Below, one piece after another: positions 53,098 through 62,613 of a stretch of DNA of 64,000 nt. The stretch's first letter is position 1, and each line of letters opens with the position of its first letter. The translations under genes were made by a program, and so were the position numbers. The DNA is taken from assembly GCF_965219775.1 (NCBI RefSeq), contig NZ_OZ244793.1, positions 1,844,757 to 1,908,756 on the forward strand. The letters run 5' to 3'. Below the pieces are notes generated by a model. That model was given only the letters and a program-made list of their open reading frames with translations. It did not search any database and was not told the DNA's origin. This stretch comes from Candidatus Poriferisocius sp. (GTDB taxonomy: Bacteria > Actinomycetota > Acidimicrobiia > Acidimicrobiales > Bin134).

Positions 53098-53564
53098 GCC
53101 CGCCGGTACATTTCCGAGACCACATGGTGCTGGAGTTCCAGCCCCATGGCCGCCATGGCCAGCGAGGAGAACAACACCTCGCCGTTGACCCAGAAGCGCC
53201 GCTGGGTGGCGGTCACCGGCTTGGCCGTGGGCGTGCCCAACACGGCGGTGGACGCCAGTTGGATGTCGCAGCCCGCCACGGTGCCCTCCAGGATCTCGGC
53301 GATACCCGAGGGCTGCGCCACCACCAGCTCCACCCGGCCATCACCCTGGGGCCGCAGGTAGCCGGCCTCGGCGTGGACCGGCACCCCGGTGCCGGCGTCG
53401 GTGGTCTTCTGGGCGTAGGCCACGAACGGCTTGCCCACGTGGGTGAACGAGACCTCCTCGGCGTAGGAGAAGTCCTCGATGGTGGGGTACGCCCCCATAC
53501 CGGTTCCCCGCCACGTTCCCAGCAGGAACGCCAGCGGCACGCACGCCGGGTGCAGTTCGGCCAT
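53094..53564 (-). CDS. nitrobindin / FABP-like heme-binding beta-barrel (DUF1794, THAP4-like)
   Basis: LAFLLGTWRGTGMGAYPTIEDFSYAEEVSFTHVGKPF... is typical of the bacterial nitrobindin family. Confidence 0.75.
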   Translation of the reverse strand: MAELHPACVPLAFLLGTWRGTGMGAYPTIEDFSYAEEVSFTHVGKPFVAYAQKTTDAGTGVPVHAEAGYLRPQGDGRVELVVAQPSGIAEILEGTVAGCDIQLASTAVLGTPTAKPVTATQRRFWVNGEVLFSSLAMAAMGLELQHHVVSEMYRRA

Positions 53565-53668
53565 GCCACAGGCTACCGCTGCCGACGCCCCGACCGGGAT
53601 GCCGGGGCGCAGGGCCCGGGGCGTACTACTGCCCCGGGTCGGCGAGCGTCGGGTTGGGTCCGAGAACC

Positions 53669-55315
<1,647 letters not shown>

Positions 55316-55350
55316 CTATCGGCGATTCCTCTCGGCGGAGTGCCGGTCGT

Positions 55351-55377
55351 TTAGCACTCTCAGCACGAGACTGCTAA
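55351..55377. promoter_or_regulatory. CIRCE element (HrcA operator) upstream of groEL
   Basis: TTAGCACTC-N9-GACTGCTAA against the consensus TTAGCACTC-N9-GAGTGCTAA (one mismatch). It lies 57 nt upstream of the groEL start. Confidence 0.85.
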
Positions 55378-55432
55378 AGGTTACCGACGAGGCGGGGAAA
55401 CGCCAAACCCAAGTGGTGCGTCGAGGAGGAAA

Positions 55433-55708
55433 TCAGCCGCCCGCCACCGCGGGCACGATGGCCACGGTCTGGCCGTCGGGAACCGAGGTGGCCAGGCCAT
55501 CGGCGAAGCGCACGTCGTCGTCGTCCACGAACAGGTTGACGTAGCGATGGAGTCCGCCCGACTCGTCGATCAGTCGGTCCTGAAACCCGGGGTGAGCGGC
55601 GTCGAGTGAGGCGATCACCTCACGCACGGTGGCGCCCTCGACGCTGACCTCGCTGGCCCCTCCGGACAGCGGGCGAAGGGTGGTCGGTATCCGAACGGTC
55701 ACGCTCAT
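55433..55708 (-). CDS. MoaD/ThiS-family sulfur-carrier protein (C-terminal GG)
   Basis: C-terminal 91 aa of ORF 55433..58030: [17 protein letters not shown]...[14 protein letters not shown], followed by the stop. Confidence 0.75.
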   Translation of the reverse strand: MSVTVRIPTTLRPLSGGASEVSVEGATVREVIASLDAAHPGFQDRLIDESGGLHRYVNLFVDDDDVRFADGLATSVPDGQTVAIVPAVAGG

Positions 55709-55759
55709 GGGCCATGATGCTATTCGGGTGCAGCGCCAAAGACGACTCAGGGACCGAGG

Positions 55760-56662
55760 GTGATGGTGGGCGGACGGCGTTCCTTTTCCGCAGCCGACTT
55801 CGAGGCCGCCGATCTGGTGGACGCCAAGGGGTCGACCACGGTGTCGGTGTGTCTGCCCGCCCGCAACGAGGAGGGCACGGTGGGGAACATCGTGGCCGCG
55901 GTGCGGGCCGAACTCATGGACGCGCCGGGCCTGGTGGACGAGCTGATCGTGATGGACGACCATTCCACCGACCGCACCGCCGAGGTGGCCAAGGCGGCCG
56001 GGGCCACCGTGGTGGCCTGTTCCGACGTGCTGACCCACCTGGGCAACCAGCCGGGCAAGGGCGAGACGCTGTGGAAGTCGCTGTACGTGTCCACCGGCGA
56101 CATCGTGGTGTGGTGCGACAGCGATGTGGCCAACTTCGGCCCCCATTTCATCGTGGGGCTGCTCGGGCCGCTGCTCACCGACCCGTCGGTGGGCTACTGC
56201 AAGGGCTTCTACCACCGCCCGGTGGGGGCCGACCAGCGAGGCGGGGGCCGCACCACCGAGCTGGTGGCCCGACCGCTCATCGCCCTGCTGTTCCCCGAGT
56301 TGGGCCACATCGTGCAGCCCTTGGCCGGGGAGTACGCCGGTCGAAGGGAGCTGCTGGAGCGGGTGCCGTTCGTGCAGGGGTACGGGGTGGAGATGGGGCT
56401 GTTGATCGATGTGTGGCGGTTGGCGGGCCCCGACGCCATCGCCCAGGTGGACCTGGGGGTGCGGGTCCACCGCAATCGCCCGCTGCACGAGCTCTCCTCC
56501 CAGGCCACCGAGGTGCTCCAGGCGGCGTTGCACCGGGCCGACCGCACCCTGGTGAACACGGCCATCACACTGCGCCGCCCCGGATTCGGCGACACCGAGA
56601 TCACCATGCAAGAGCGCCCTCCCCTCATCGAGGTGCCCGGCTACTTCCGTCACGGCCCCTGA
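55760..56662 (+). CDS. gpgS: glucosyl-3-phosphoglycerate synthase (GT81)
   Basis: Colinear with mycobacterial GpgS: LPARNEE...DELIVMDDHSTD...PGKGE.LW...GGGRTTELVARPL...LQPLAGEYA..RELL...GYGVEMGLLID...DAIAQVDLGVRVHRNRPL.EL. Confidence 0.85.
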   Translation: MMVGGRRSFSAADFEAADLVDAKGSTTVSVCLPARNEEGTVGNIVAAVRAELMDAPGLVDELIVMDDHSTDRTAEVAKAAGATVVACSDVLTHLGNQPGKGETLWKSLYVSTGDIVVWCDSDVANFGPHFIVGLLGPLLTDPSVGYCKGFYHRPVGADQRGGGRTTELVARPLIALLFPELGHIVQPLAGEYAGRRELLERVPFVQGYGVEMGLLIDVWRLAGPDAIAQVDLGVRVHRNRPLHELSSQATEVLQAALHRADRTLVNTAITLRRPGFGDTEITMQERPPLIEVPGYFRHGP

Positions 56663-56706
56663 GGTGGCCTCGCGAAGAAAGGCGGCGACCCGCGGGGCCG
56701 GCGCCC

Positions 56707-57696
56707 CTACAGGGTGGCCAGCACGTCGGACACCACCTGGGTGATCAGCCCGGTGGTGTCGGCCATGGCCCGATCGGTGCCGAAGCGCTCGCTCAGGCTC
56801 ACCAGCGGCCCGCCGGTCGACGAGACGGCGGGGTCGGCCCGGCCCACCACCGTCAACACCGGCACGCCCGCCACGGAGGCCATTTCCCACACGCCCCCCA
56901 CCACCTTGCCCTCCACCGACGTGGCGTCCAGGGCTCCCTCCCCGGTGATCACCAGATCGGCCTGCTCGATCCGGCCGTAGAGGTCGACCTCCTCGGCCAA
57001 CAGCTCGAAGCCGCCGCGCAGCTCGGCCCCCACGCAGGCCAACCCTCCGGCCAACCCCCCGGCGGCCCCCGAGCCCTCCAGAGGGCTCACCTCCATGCCG
57101 TACGTCTCGGCGTACACCTGGGCGAGCCGCTGCAAGCGCCGCCGCAGCAGCTCCACCTGGGCCGGACCGGCACCCTTTTGGGGGCCGAACACCTCGGCGG
57201 CGTCCACGAAGCGGGTGGTCACGTCGCACGCCACCGACAGGTCCACCCCCTTGAGCCGCTGGGTGGGGTACAGCGCCCGCAGCGCGCCCAGGCCACCGTC
57301 GGTGGTGGCCGAGCCCCCCACCCCCACCAGGATCCTGCGGGCCCCCCGCTCCAGGGCGGCCTCGATCAACTCCCCGGTGCCGTAGGTGGTGGCCCCCAGG
57401 GGATCGTTGCTCTCGGCCCCGCCCACCAGGGCCAGGCCCGACGCCCGGGCCATCTCGATCACCGCGGTGCGGCGGTCCAGGCGCCACGGGGCCGCCACCG
57501 GATCGCCCAAAGGACCGGTGACGGTGGTGATCCGGTTGGCCCCGCCCAGCACCTCCAGGGTGCCCTCGCCGCCGTCGGCCATGGGAGCGGCGTCCACGGT
57601 GGCCCCCACCGGCCGGGCCGCCTGGGCTATGGCGGCGGTTACCTCCGCCGCCGTGGCCGTGCCCCGGAACTTGTCGGGGGCGGCAACGATGTGCAC
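56707..57696 (-). CDS. glycerate kinase
   Basis: GTG start. IVAAPDKFRGTATAAEV...ADGGEGT...GGSATTDGG...ITGEGALD is typical of the GlxK/GarK family. Confidence 0.85.
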   Translation of the reverse strand: MHIVAAPDKFRGTATAAEVTAAIAQAARPVGATVDAAPMADGGEGTLEVLGGANRITTVTGPLGDPVAAPWRLDRRTAVIEMARASGLALVGGAESNDPLGATTYGTGELIEAALERGARRILVGVGGSATTDGGLGALRALYPTQRLKGVDLSVACDVTTRFVDAAEVFGPQKGAGPAQVELLRRRLQRLAQVYAETYGMEVSPLEGSGAAGGLAGGLACVGAELRGGFELLAEEVDLYGRIEQADLVITGEGALDATSVEGKVVGGVWEMASVAGVPVLTVVGRADPAVSSTGGPLVSLSERFGTDRAMADTTGLITQVVSDVLATL

Positions 57697-57702
57697 GGCG
57701 GC

Positions 57703-58341
57703 TCAGCCAGGTCGCTGGGCCAGGCTGTCGGGTCCGATCAGGATGAGGACGTAGGCGTTGCCCAGCGTGTCGAGGGTGATGCCGCCCGGAGGGGGATCGG
57801 ACATCAAAAAGAACGGTCCGGAACCCACCCCGAGCTGCTCGCCGATGCACTGGGCATCCACCTCGTAGCCCGCCCGGTAGTAGAAGGCCGAACTGGTCTG
57901 GGGGCTGGCGTTCACCGGAGGCAGCGTCACGTAGTTGGCGGCATTCAACTCGCTGGACAACCGGCCGGCCGCCCCGCTCACGTCGGTGCCGTTGGCCACC
58001 AGCACGCTGATGGTGGACGGATCGCGGCACTCCAGTTCATCGGGGGCCGAGGTGACCACCGGCTCCGCGGTGGTGTCGGTCACCGGATCGGGCAGCGGGG
58101 CATCGACGACCACCGGGGGCACGGTGGCGGAGGTGTCGCCGGCGTCGGTCGGGGCCTCCACCGGATCGGCGGTGGCCACCACGTCCGCCGTGGGCTCCAC
58201 CGCGGGGGCGGTCGCCTCGGAGCCCGAATTGTCGTCATCCAGGCCCCGGGCCAAAACGAACGCCCCGGCGGCAAACAGGGCCAGCAACAGGAGCACGCCC
58301 TTGAGGGCCATCTGGTTGTTGGATGATCGGTTCGACTCCAT
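57703..58341 (-). CDS. LytR_C-domain membrane-anchored protein
   Basis: N-terminal TM segment, low-complexity linker, then a C-terminal VLVANGTDVSGAAGRLSSEL... LytR C-terminal-type domain. Confidence 0.7.
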   Translation of the reverse strand: MESNRSSNNQMALKGVLLLLALFAAGAFVLARGLDDDNSGSEATAPAVEPTADVVATADPVEAPTDAGDTSATVPPVVVDAPLPDPVTDTTAEPVVTSAPDELECRDPSTISVLVANGTDVSGAAGRLSSELNAANYVTLPPVNASPQTSSAFYYRAGYEVDAQCIGEQLGVGSGPFFLMSDPPPGGITLDTLGNAYVLILIGPDSLAQRPG

Positions 58342-58362
58342 GGTGCCTCTGGTTCTCGGGAG

Positions 58363-58623
58363 CTAACGGGACGGTTGGCGGCCCACCGAGGGCTGGCCGA
58401 ACTTCGACCGGCGCCGGCGATCGCGCAGCCGCCGCAGGCGCCGGACGACCATGGGGTCGTAGGCCATGGCCTCCGGCTCCTCCAATAGTTCGTTCAGCAA
58501 CTGGTAGTAGCGGGTGGTGGACAACTCGAAGCGCTCGCGGATGGCGGCCTCCTTCGACCCGGTTTCCTGCCACCACGTGCGCTCGAAGTCCAAGATCGCG
58601 CGATCCCGCTGCGTCAGAGCCAT
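58363..58623 (-). CDS. DUF3263-domain protein
   Basis: From ORF 58363..58728, starting at MALTQRDRAILDFERTWW (ATG 58623). The basic C-terminal tail is typical of the small actinobacterial DUF3263 protein. Confidence 0.7.
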   Translation of the reverse strand: MALTQRDRAILDFERTWWQETGSKEAAIRERFELSTTRYYQLLNELLEEPEAMAYDPMVVRRLRRLRDRRRRSKFGQPSVGRQPSR

Positions 58624-58729
58624 GCCACAAGCGTTACCTACGCCAGGGCCATATTCAAGCACCCTCCCCGAACCGACCCCGTATGCTCTGCCCAAGAGCC
58701 CCAGCCGCCTCGCCGGTGCTCCGACCAAC

Positions 58730-58802
58730 GCCCGAGTAGCTCAGTCGGTAGAGCAGCTGTCTTGTAAACAGCCGGTCGCAGGTTCGATTCCTGTCTCGGG
58801 CT
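58730..58802 (+). tRNA. tRNA-Thr (anticodon UGU)
   Basis: Manual cloverleaf: acceptor GCCCGAG/CTCGGGC, D arm GCTC-AGTCGGTA-GAGC, anticodon arm GCTGT-CTTGTAA-ACAGC, variable CGGTC, T arm GCAGG-TTCGATT-CCTGT, discriminator T. No CCA is encoded. Confidence 0.9.
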
Positions 58803-58860
58803 CGATGGGGCCGAGTCTCGGCACCGTCTCGGGCTCCATTTGAACGCCCTCGGTGAAGCC

Positions 58861-59742
58861 CTATGAGGGTGGCGCCGGGCGCGGGCGGTGGCGGGCCACC
58901 TCGAAGCAACCGATGGCGGTGGCCGCCGCCGCGTTGAGCGAGCTGAGGCGACCGGCCAACGGAATGGTGACCACCACGTCGCAGCGTTGGCGGGCCAGGC
59001 GCGACAGCCCCCGGCCTTCGCTGCCCACCACCAGGGCCACCGCCTCGGCGGCCACGTTCATGTCGTACACCGCGGTGGGGGCCGACACGTCCAACCCCAC
59101 CGTCCAGACCCCCAGCTCGCCCAGCCGGGACAGCGCATTGGGGACACCGGGCACCACCGCCATGGGCACGTGCTCCACCGCCCCGGCCGCCGCCTTGGCC
59201 GCTGCCGGGGTGATGTGCGCGGCCCGGTGTCGGCCCAGCACCGCCCCGGTGACCCCGGCGCATTCCGCCGTGCGCAGGGCGGCCCCCACGTTGCCGGGAT
59301 CGGTGACCCCGTCCAGCACCAACAGGAACGCCGGACGGTCCGGGGCCCCTCGAGCCAGATCGTCCAGGTCGCGCTCGGCCAGCGGTGCGGCCCGGGCCAG
59401 CACCCCTTGGGGGGCTTCGGTCACGGCCATGGCCTCGAACTTGGATCGGGCCACCTCCTTGACGGGCACCCGCAGCTCGCCCGCCAACTCCACGATCTGG
59501 GCCAGCATGCCCGAGTGGTTCTGACCGGCGGCGATCACCACCTCGTGGGTGGGGCGAATCCCGGCCACCAGCAGCTCCCGTACCGCCTGGCGGCCCTCCA
59601 CCCGCTCTCCGCCCAGGCCCGCCGACCGTTGGCGACGGGGCTTCCCCGGGCCACCCGGCGGTCGCCGGGAGCCTTGACCCCTCGGTCGGTTTCCGCCCGG
59701 TGGCCGCCCGCCCCGAACTTGTGGTCGCTTGCGGGCGCTCAC
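58861..59742 (-). CDS. rlmB: 23S rRNA (guanosine-2'-O)-methyltransferase, RlmB/TrmH (SpoU) family
   Basis: Arg/Gly-rich N-terminal tail, a SpoU substrate-binding domain (EGRQAVRELL) and SPOUT motifs (NVGAALRTAE, LVVGSEGRGLS, IPLAGRLSSLNAA). Confidence 0.82.
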   Translation of the reverse strand: MSARKRPQVRGGRPPGGNRPRGQGSRRPPGGPGKPRRQRSAGLGGERVEGRQAVRELLVAGIRPTHEVVIAAGQNHSGMLAQIVELAGELRVPVKEVARSKFEAMAVTEAPQGVLARAAPLAERDLDDLARGAPDRPAFLLVLDGVTDPGNVGAALRTAECAGVTGAVLGRHRAAHITPAAAKAAAGAVEHVPMAVVPGVPNALSRLGELGVWTVGLDVSAPTAVYDMNVAAEAVALVVGSEGRGLSRLARQRCDVVVTIPLAGRLSSLNAAAATAIGCFEVARHRPRPAPPS

Positions 59743-60221
59743 CGGCGCTCGATCAGCGTGACCGCCCAGCAGGCCAACCCCTCACCCCGTCCCAGTGCGC
59801 CCAGGGCCTCGGCCCGCTTGCCCTTCACCGCCACCGGAGCGCCGACCACCTCGCCGAGACGGGCCTCCATCTCCGGGCGACGGGGGGCGATCTTGGGGGC
59901 CTCGGTCACCACCGTGCAGTCCACGTTCACCACCCGCCATCCCGCTCCCGAGAGCCGTTCCATCACCGTGCCCAACAACCCCATGCTGTCGGCCCCGGCC
60001 CAGGCCTCGTCGGTGTCGGGGAACAGCATCCCGATGTCGCCCATGCCGGCGGCGCTCAACAGGGCGTCGGCCACGGCGTGGGCCACCGCATCCCCGTCGC
60101 TGTGCCCGATGAGGCCGGCGGCGCCCTCGAACCGCACCCCGCCCAGGATCAAGGGGCGATCCCCGTCGTCGGCGAACCGGTGGGTGTCGAACCCGTGACC
60201 CACTCGCAGATCCCCCGTCAT
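59739..60221 (-). CDS. ispF: 2-C-methyl-D-erythritol 2,4-cyclodiphosphate synthase
   Basis: RVGHGFDTHRF...GHSDGDAVAHAVADALL...FPDTD. The stop overlaps the rlmB start and the start overlaps the ispD stop. Confidence 0.92.
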   Translation of the reverse strand: MTGDLRVGHGFDTHRFADDGDRPLILGGVRFEGAAGLIGHSDGDAVAHAVADALLSAAGMGDIGMLFPDTDEAWAGADSMGLLGTVMERLSGAGWRVVNVDCTVVTEAPKIAPRRPEMEARLGEVVGAPVAVKGKRAEALGALGRGEGLACWAVTLIERR

Positions 60222-60856
60222 GACCTCAACCAGGCCTCGGCGGCGGCCACGTCGTCGGGGTGGGTGATCTTGATGTTCCGAGGATGGCCGGCCACGGTGA
60301 CCACCGGGTGCCCGGCCGCTTCCAGCAGGCCGGCGTCGTCGGTGGCCTCGGCGGCATCGGCGTGGGCGGCCCGCAGCAACTCGGCCCGAAAGGCCTGGGG
60401 GGTCTGCACCGCCTGCAGGGTGCTGCGATCCACCACGCCTCCGTCCACCCGGCGGATGGTATCGGTGACCGGCACCACCGGCACCGCCCCGGCCGCCCCG
60501 GCCCGCACCTCGCCGATGACCCGCTCGTACACGTGGCGGTCGGCCAGCGGACGGGCCGCGTCGTGGACGCAGACCACGGCCGCATCGTCAGGCACGGCGG
60601 CCAATCCCCGTCGCACCGAGGCCGCCCGGCTGGATCCACCGGCCACCACCGCGGTGGCCCGGGAACGCAGCGTCTCGGCCTCGACGTCGCCGGGGGGCAC
60701 CACCACCACCACCCCGTCGCTCACCGCGGCGGCGTGGGCCACGCTGCGGTCCACCACCCGGACACCGGCCAGCTCCACGTACTGCTTGGCCGCCCCGAAC
60801 CGGGTGCCGGACCCGGCGGCCACCACCACGGTCCACACCGACAGGGGCGCGGCCAT
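60218..60856 (-). CDS. ispD: 2-C-methyl-D-erythritol 4-phosphate cytidylyltransferase
   Basis: From ORF 60218..60895 at MAAPLSVWTVVVAAGSGTRFG (ATG 60856)...VQTPQAF...KITHPDD. Confidence 0.88.
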   Translation of the reverse strand: MAAPLSVWTVVVAAGSGTRFGAAKQYVELAGVRVVDRSVAHAAAVSDGVVVVVPPGDVEAETLRSRATAVVAGGSSRAASVRRGLAAVPDDAAVVCVHDAARPLADRHVYERVIGEVRAGAAGAVPVVPVTDTIRRVDGGVVDRSTLQAVQTPQAFRAELLRAAHADAAEATDDAGLLEAAGHPVVTVAGHPRNIKITHPDDVAAAEAWLRS

Positions 60857-60861
60857 CGTGC

Positions 60862-61512
60862 CTACTGGCCCAGGAAATCCAGGACCCGGGCCCAAGCGTC
60901 GGCGGCGTCGGCGGGCCGGTGGGCGGGCCGATCGGGGTCGTGGACGAAACCGTGCTGGGCCCCCTCGTAGGAGGCGATCTGCGTCCCGGTGGCGGCCAGG
61001 GCGGCCACATCGGGGGCGGGGGTGAAGGGATCGTCGGTACCGATGACGGCCATCAGCGGACAGGGGTCGCCGGCGGCCAGCATCTCCAGCGGTTCACCCT
61101 GGCCGGGGCCCCTCCAGTTGTCGGGCAGGCGGATCATGCCGTAGAAGGCGGCCGCCCGGTGGTACCGCCCGGTGGCCGCGGCCTTCAGGGTGTACATGCC
61201 CCCCATGCAGAACCCGGCCACCACCACGGTGGCGCAGCCGGTGGCGCCGGCCGCGGCGGCCACGTCGGCCAGCACCTGGGCGTCGTCCAGCTCGGCGGCC
61301 GCCGACATCCGCTCCTCCACGGTGAGCTGCTCCTGGCCGGGGAACATCTGGGGCGCGCACACCGTCCAGCCCTGTTGGCCGGCGAGGCGGGCCACGTGGT
61401 CGTCGAACAGGGGCCGCAGCCCCATGATGTCGGGAATCAGCACCAGGCCCCGGTCGGCCCCCTCCACCTCGACCAGTTCAGCCGTCGTCCCCGTGGCCAG
61501 CTCGATGCGCAC
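60862..61512 (-). CDS. dienelactone hydrolase family protein
   Basis: 216-aa alpha/beta hydrolase with nucleophile context GFCMGG and a C-terminal HGF. Confidence 0.78.
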   Translation of the reverse strand: MRIELATGTTAELVEVEGADRGLVLIPDIMGLRPLFDDHVARLAGQQGWTVCAPQMFPGQEQLTVEERMSAAAELDDAQVLADVAAAAGATGCATVVVAGFCMGGMYTLKAAATGRYHRAAAFYGMIRLPDNWRGPGQGEPLEMLAAGDPCPLMAVIGTDDPFTPAPDVAALAATGTQIASYEGAQHGFVHDPDRPAHRPADAADAWARVLDFLGQ

Positions 61513-61611
61513 GCCCCTTTTCTACCCCACCGGCGGGGGTGCCATGAACGCAGCGCACCCGTCTCCCCCATCGGCGGGGCGCGGTCGCCGCCGATCTGGG
61601 AGCATGGTCCC

Positions 61612-62598
61612 ATGGCACATCCCCACTTGGAGCTGTCGGCCCGGCCCCGGCGCAACCGGCGAACCCCGGCCATCCGGGCCCTGGTGCGGGAGACCGAGTT
61701 GAGCCCGGCCCACCTCGTGCTCCCCCTGTTCGTCCACCGGGGTCCCGACGAACCCATCGCGTCGATGCCCGGCGTGTACCGCTGGAGCGTGGACGGCCTG
61801 GTGGCCGAGACCCGGCGGGCGGCCGAATTGGGCGTGCAGTCGGTGGTGCTGTTCGAGGCCGCCCCCGACGAACTGAAGACCCCCACCGGCGACGAGGCCT
61901 GGAACCCCGACGGGCTCATTCCCCAGACCATCAAGGCCATCAAGGCGGCGTGCCCCGCCACGGTGGTGATGACCGACGTGGCCCTCGACCCCTACAACAG
62001 CGATGGCCACGACGGCGTGGTGGCCCCCGACGGCACCATCATCAACGACGAGACGGTGGACATTCTGTGCCGCCAAGCCCTGACCCACGCCGACGCCGGG
62101 GCCGACATCGTGGCCCCGAGCGACATGATGGACGGCCGGGTGGGGGCCATCCGGGAGACGCTCGACCACCACGGCCACACCGAGGTGGGCATCTGCGCCT
62201 ACACGGCCAAGTACGCGTCGTCGTTCTTCGGCCCATTCCGGGGCGCCCTCGACTCGGCCCCCCGCTCGGGGGACAAGAAGACCTACCAGATGGACCCGGC
62301 CAACGCCCGGGAGGCCCTGCGGGAGCTGGAGCTGGACACCGCCGAGGGGGCCGACATGGTGATGGTCAAGCCCGCGGGACCGTATCTCGACGTGGTGCGC
62401 CGGTTCGCCGACGCCTCGGTGGTGCCGGTGGCCGCCTACCAGGTGAGCGGCGAGTACCTGATGATCAAGGCGGCGGCCGCCTCCGGCTGGCTGGACGAGC
62501 AGTCGCTGGTGGCCGAGACCCTCACCGGCATCCGCCGGGCCGGGGCCGACGTGATCTTGACCTACTTCGCCGCCGACGCCGCCCGCCTTCTCGGCTGA
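61612..62598 (+). CDS. hemB: porphobilinogen synthase (delta-aminolevulinate dehydratase)
   Basis: From ORF 60919..62598 at ATG 61612: RPRRNRRTPAIRALVRET...PLFV...MVKPAGPYLDVV...YQVSGEY. Confidence 0.92.
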   Translation: MAHPHLELSARPRRNRRTPAIRALVRETELSPAHLVLPLFVHRGPDEPIASMPGVYRWSVDGLVAETRRAAELGVQSVVLFEAAPDELKTPTGDEAWNPDGLIPQTIKAIKAACPATVVMTDVALDPYNSDGHDGVVAPDGTIINDETVDILCRQALTHADAGADIVAPSDMMDGRVGAIRETLDHHGHTEVGICAYTAKYASSFFGPFRGALDSAPRSGDKKTYQMDPANAREALRELELDTAEGADMVMVKPAGPYLDVVRRFADASVVPVAAYQVSGEYLMIKAAAASGWLDEQSLVAETLTGIRRAGADVILTYFAADAARLLG

Positions 62599-62613
62599 GG
62601 GAGGCCGCCCCGA

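Noticed and set aside
55433-55708. The orphan MoaD/ThiS-like sulfur carrier as part of a novel sulfur-transfer system together with the larE-like (40744..41520) and fdhD (52300..53097) genes.
   Set aside because: The genes are 2-14 kb apart, lie in different transcription units, and have no activating E1-like enzyme nearby. The co-occurrence within 64 kb is not evidence of a functional link.
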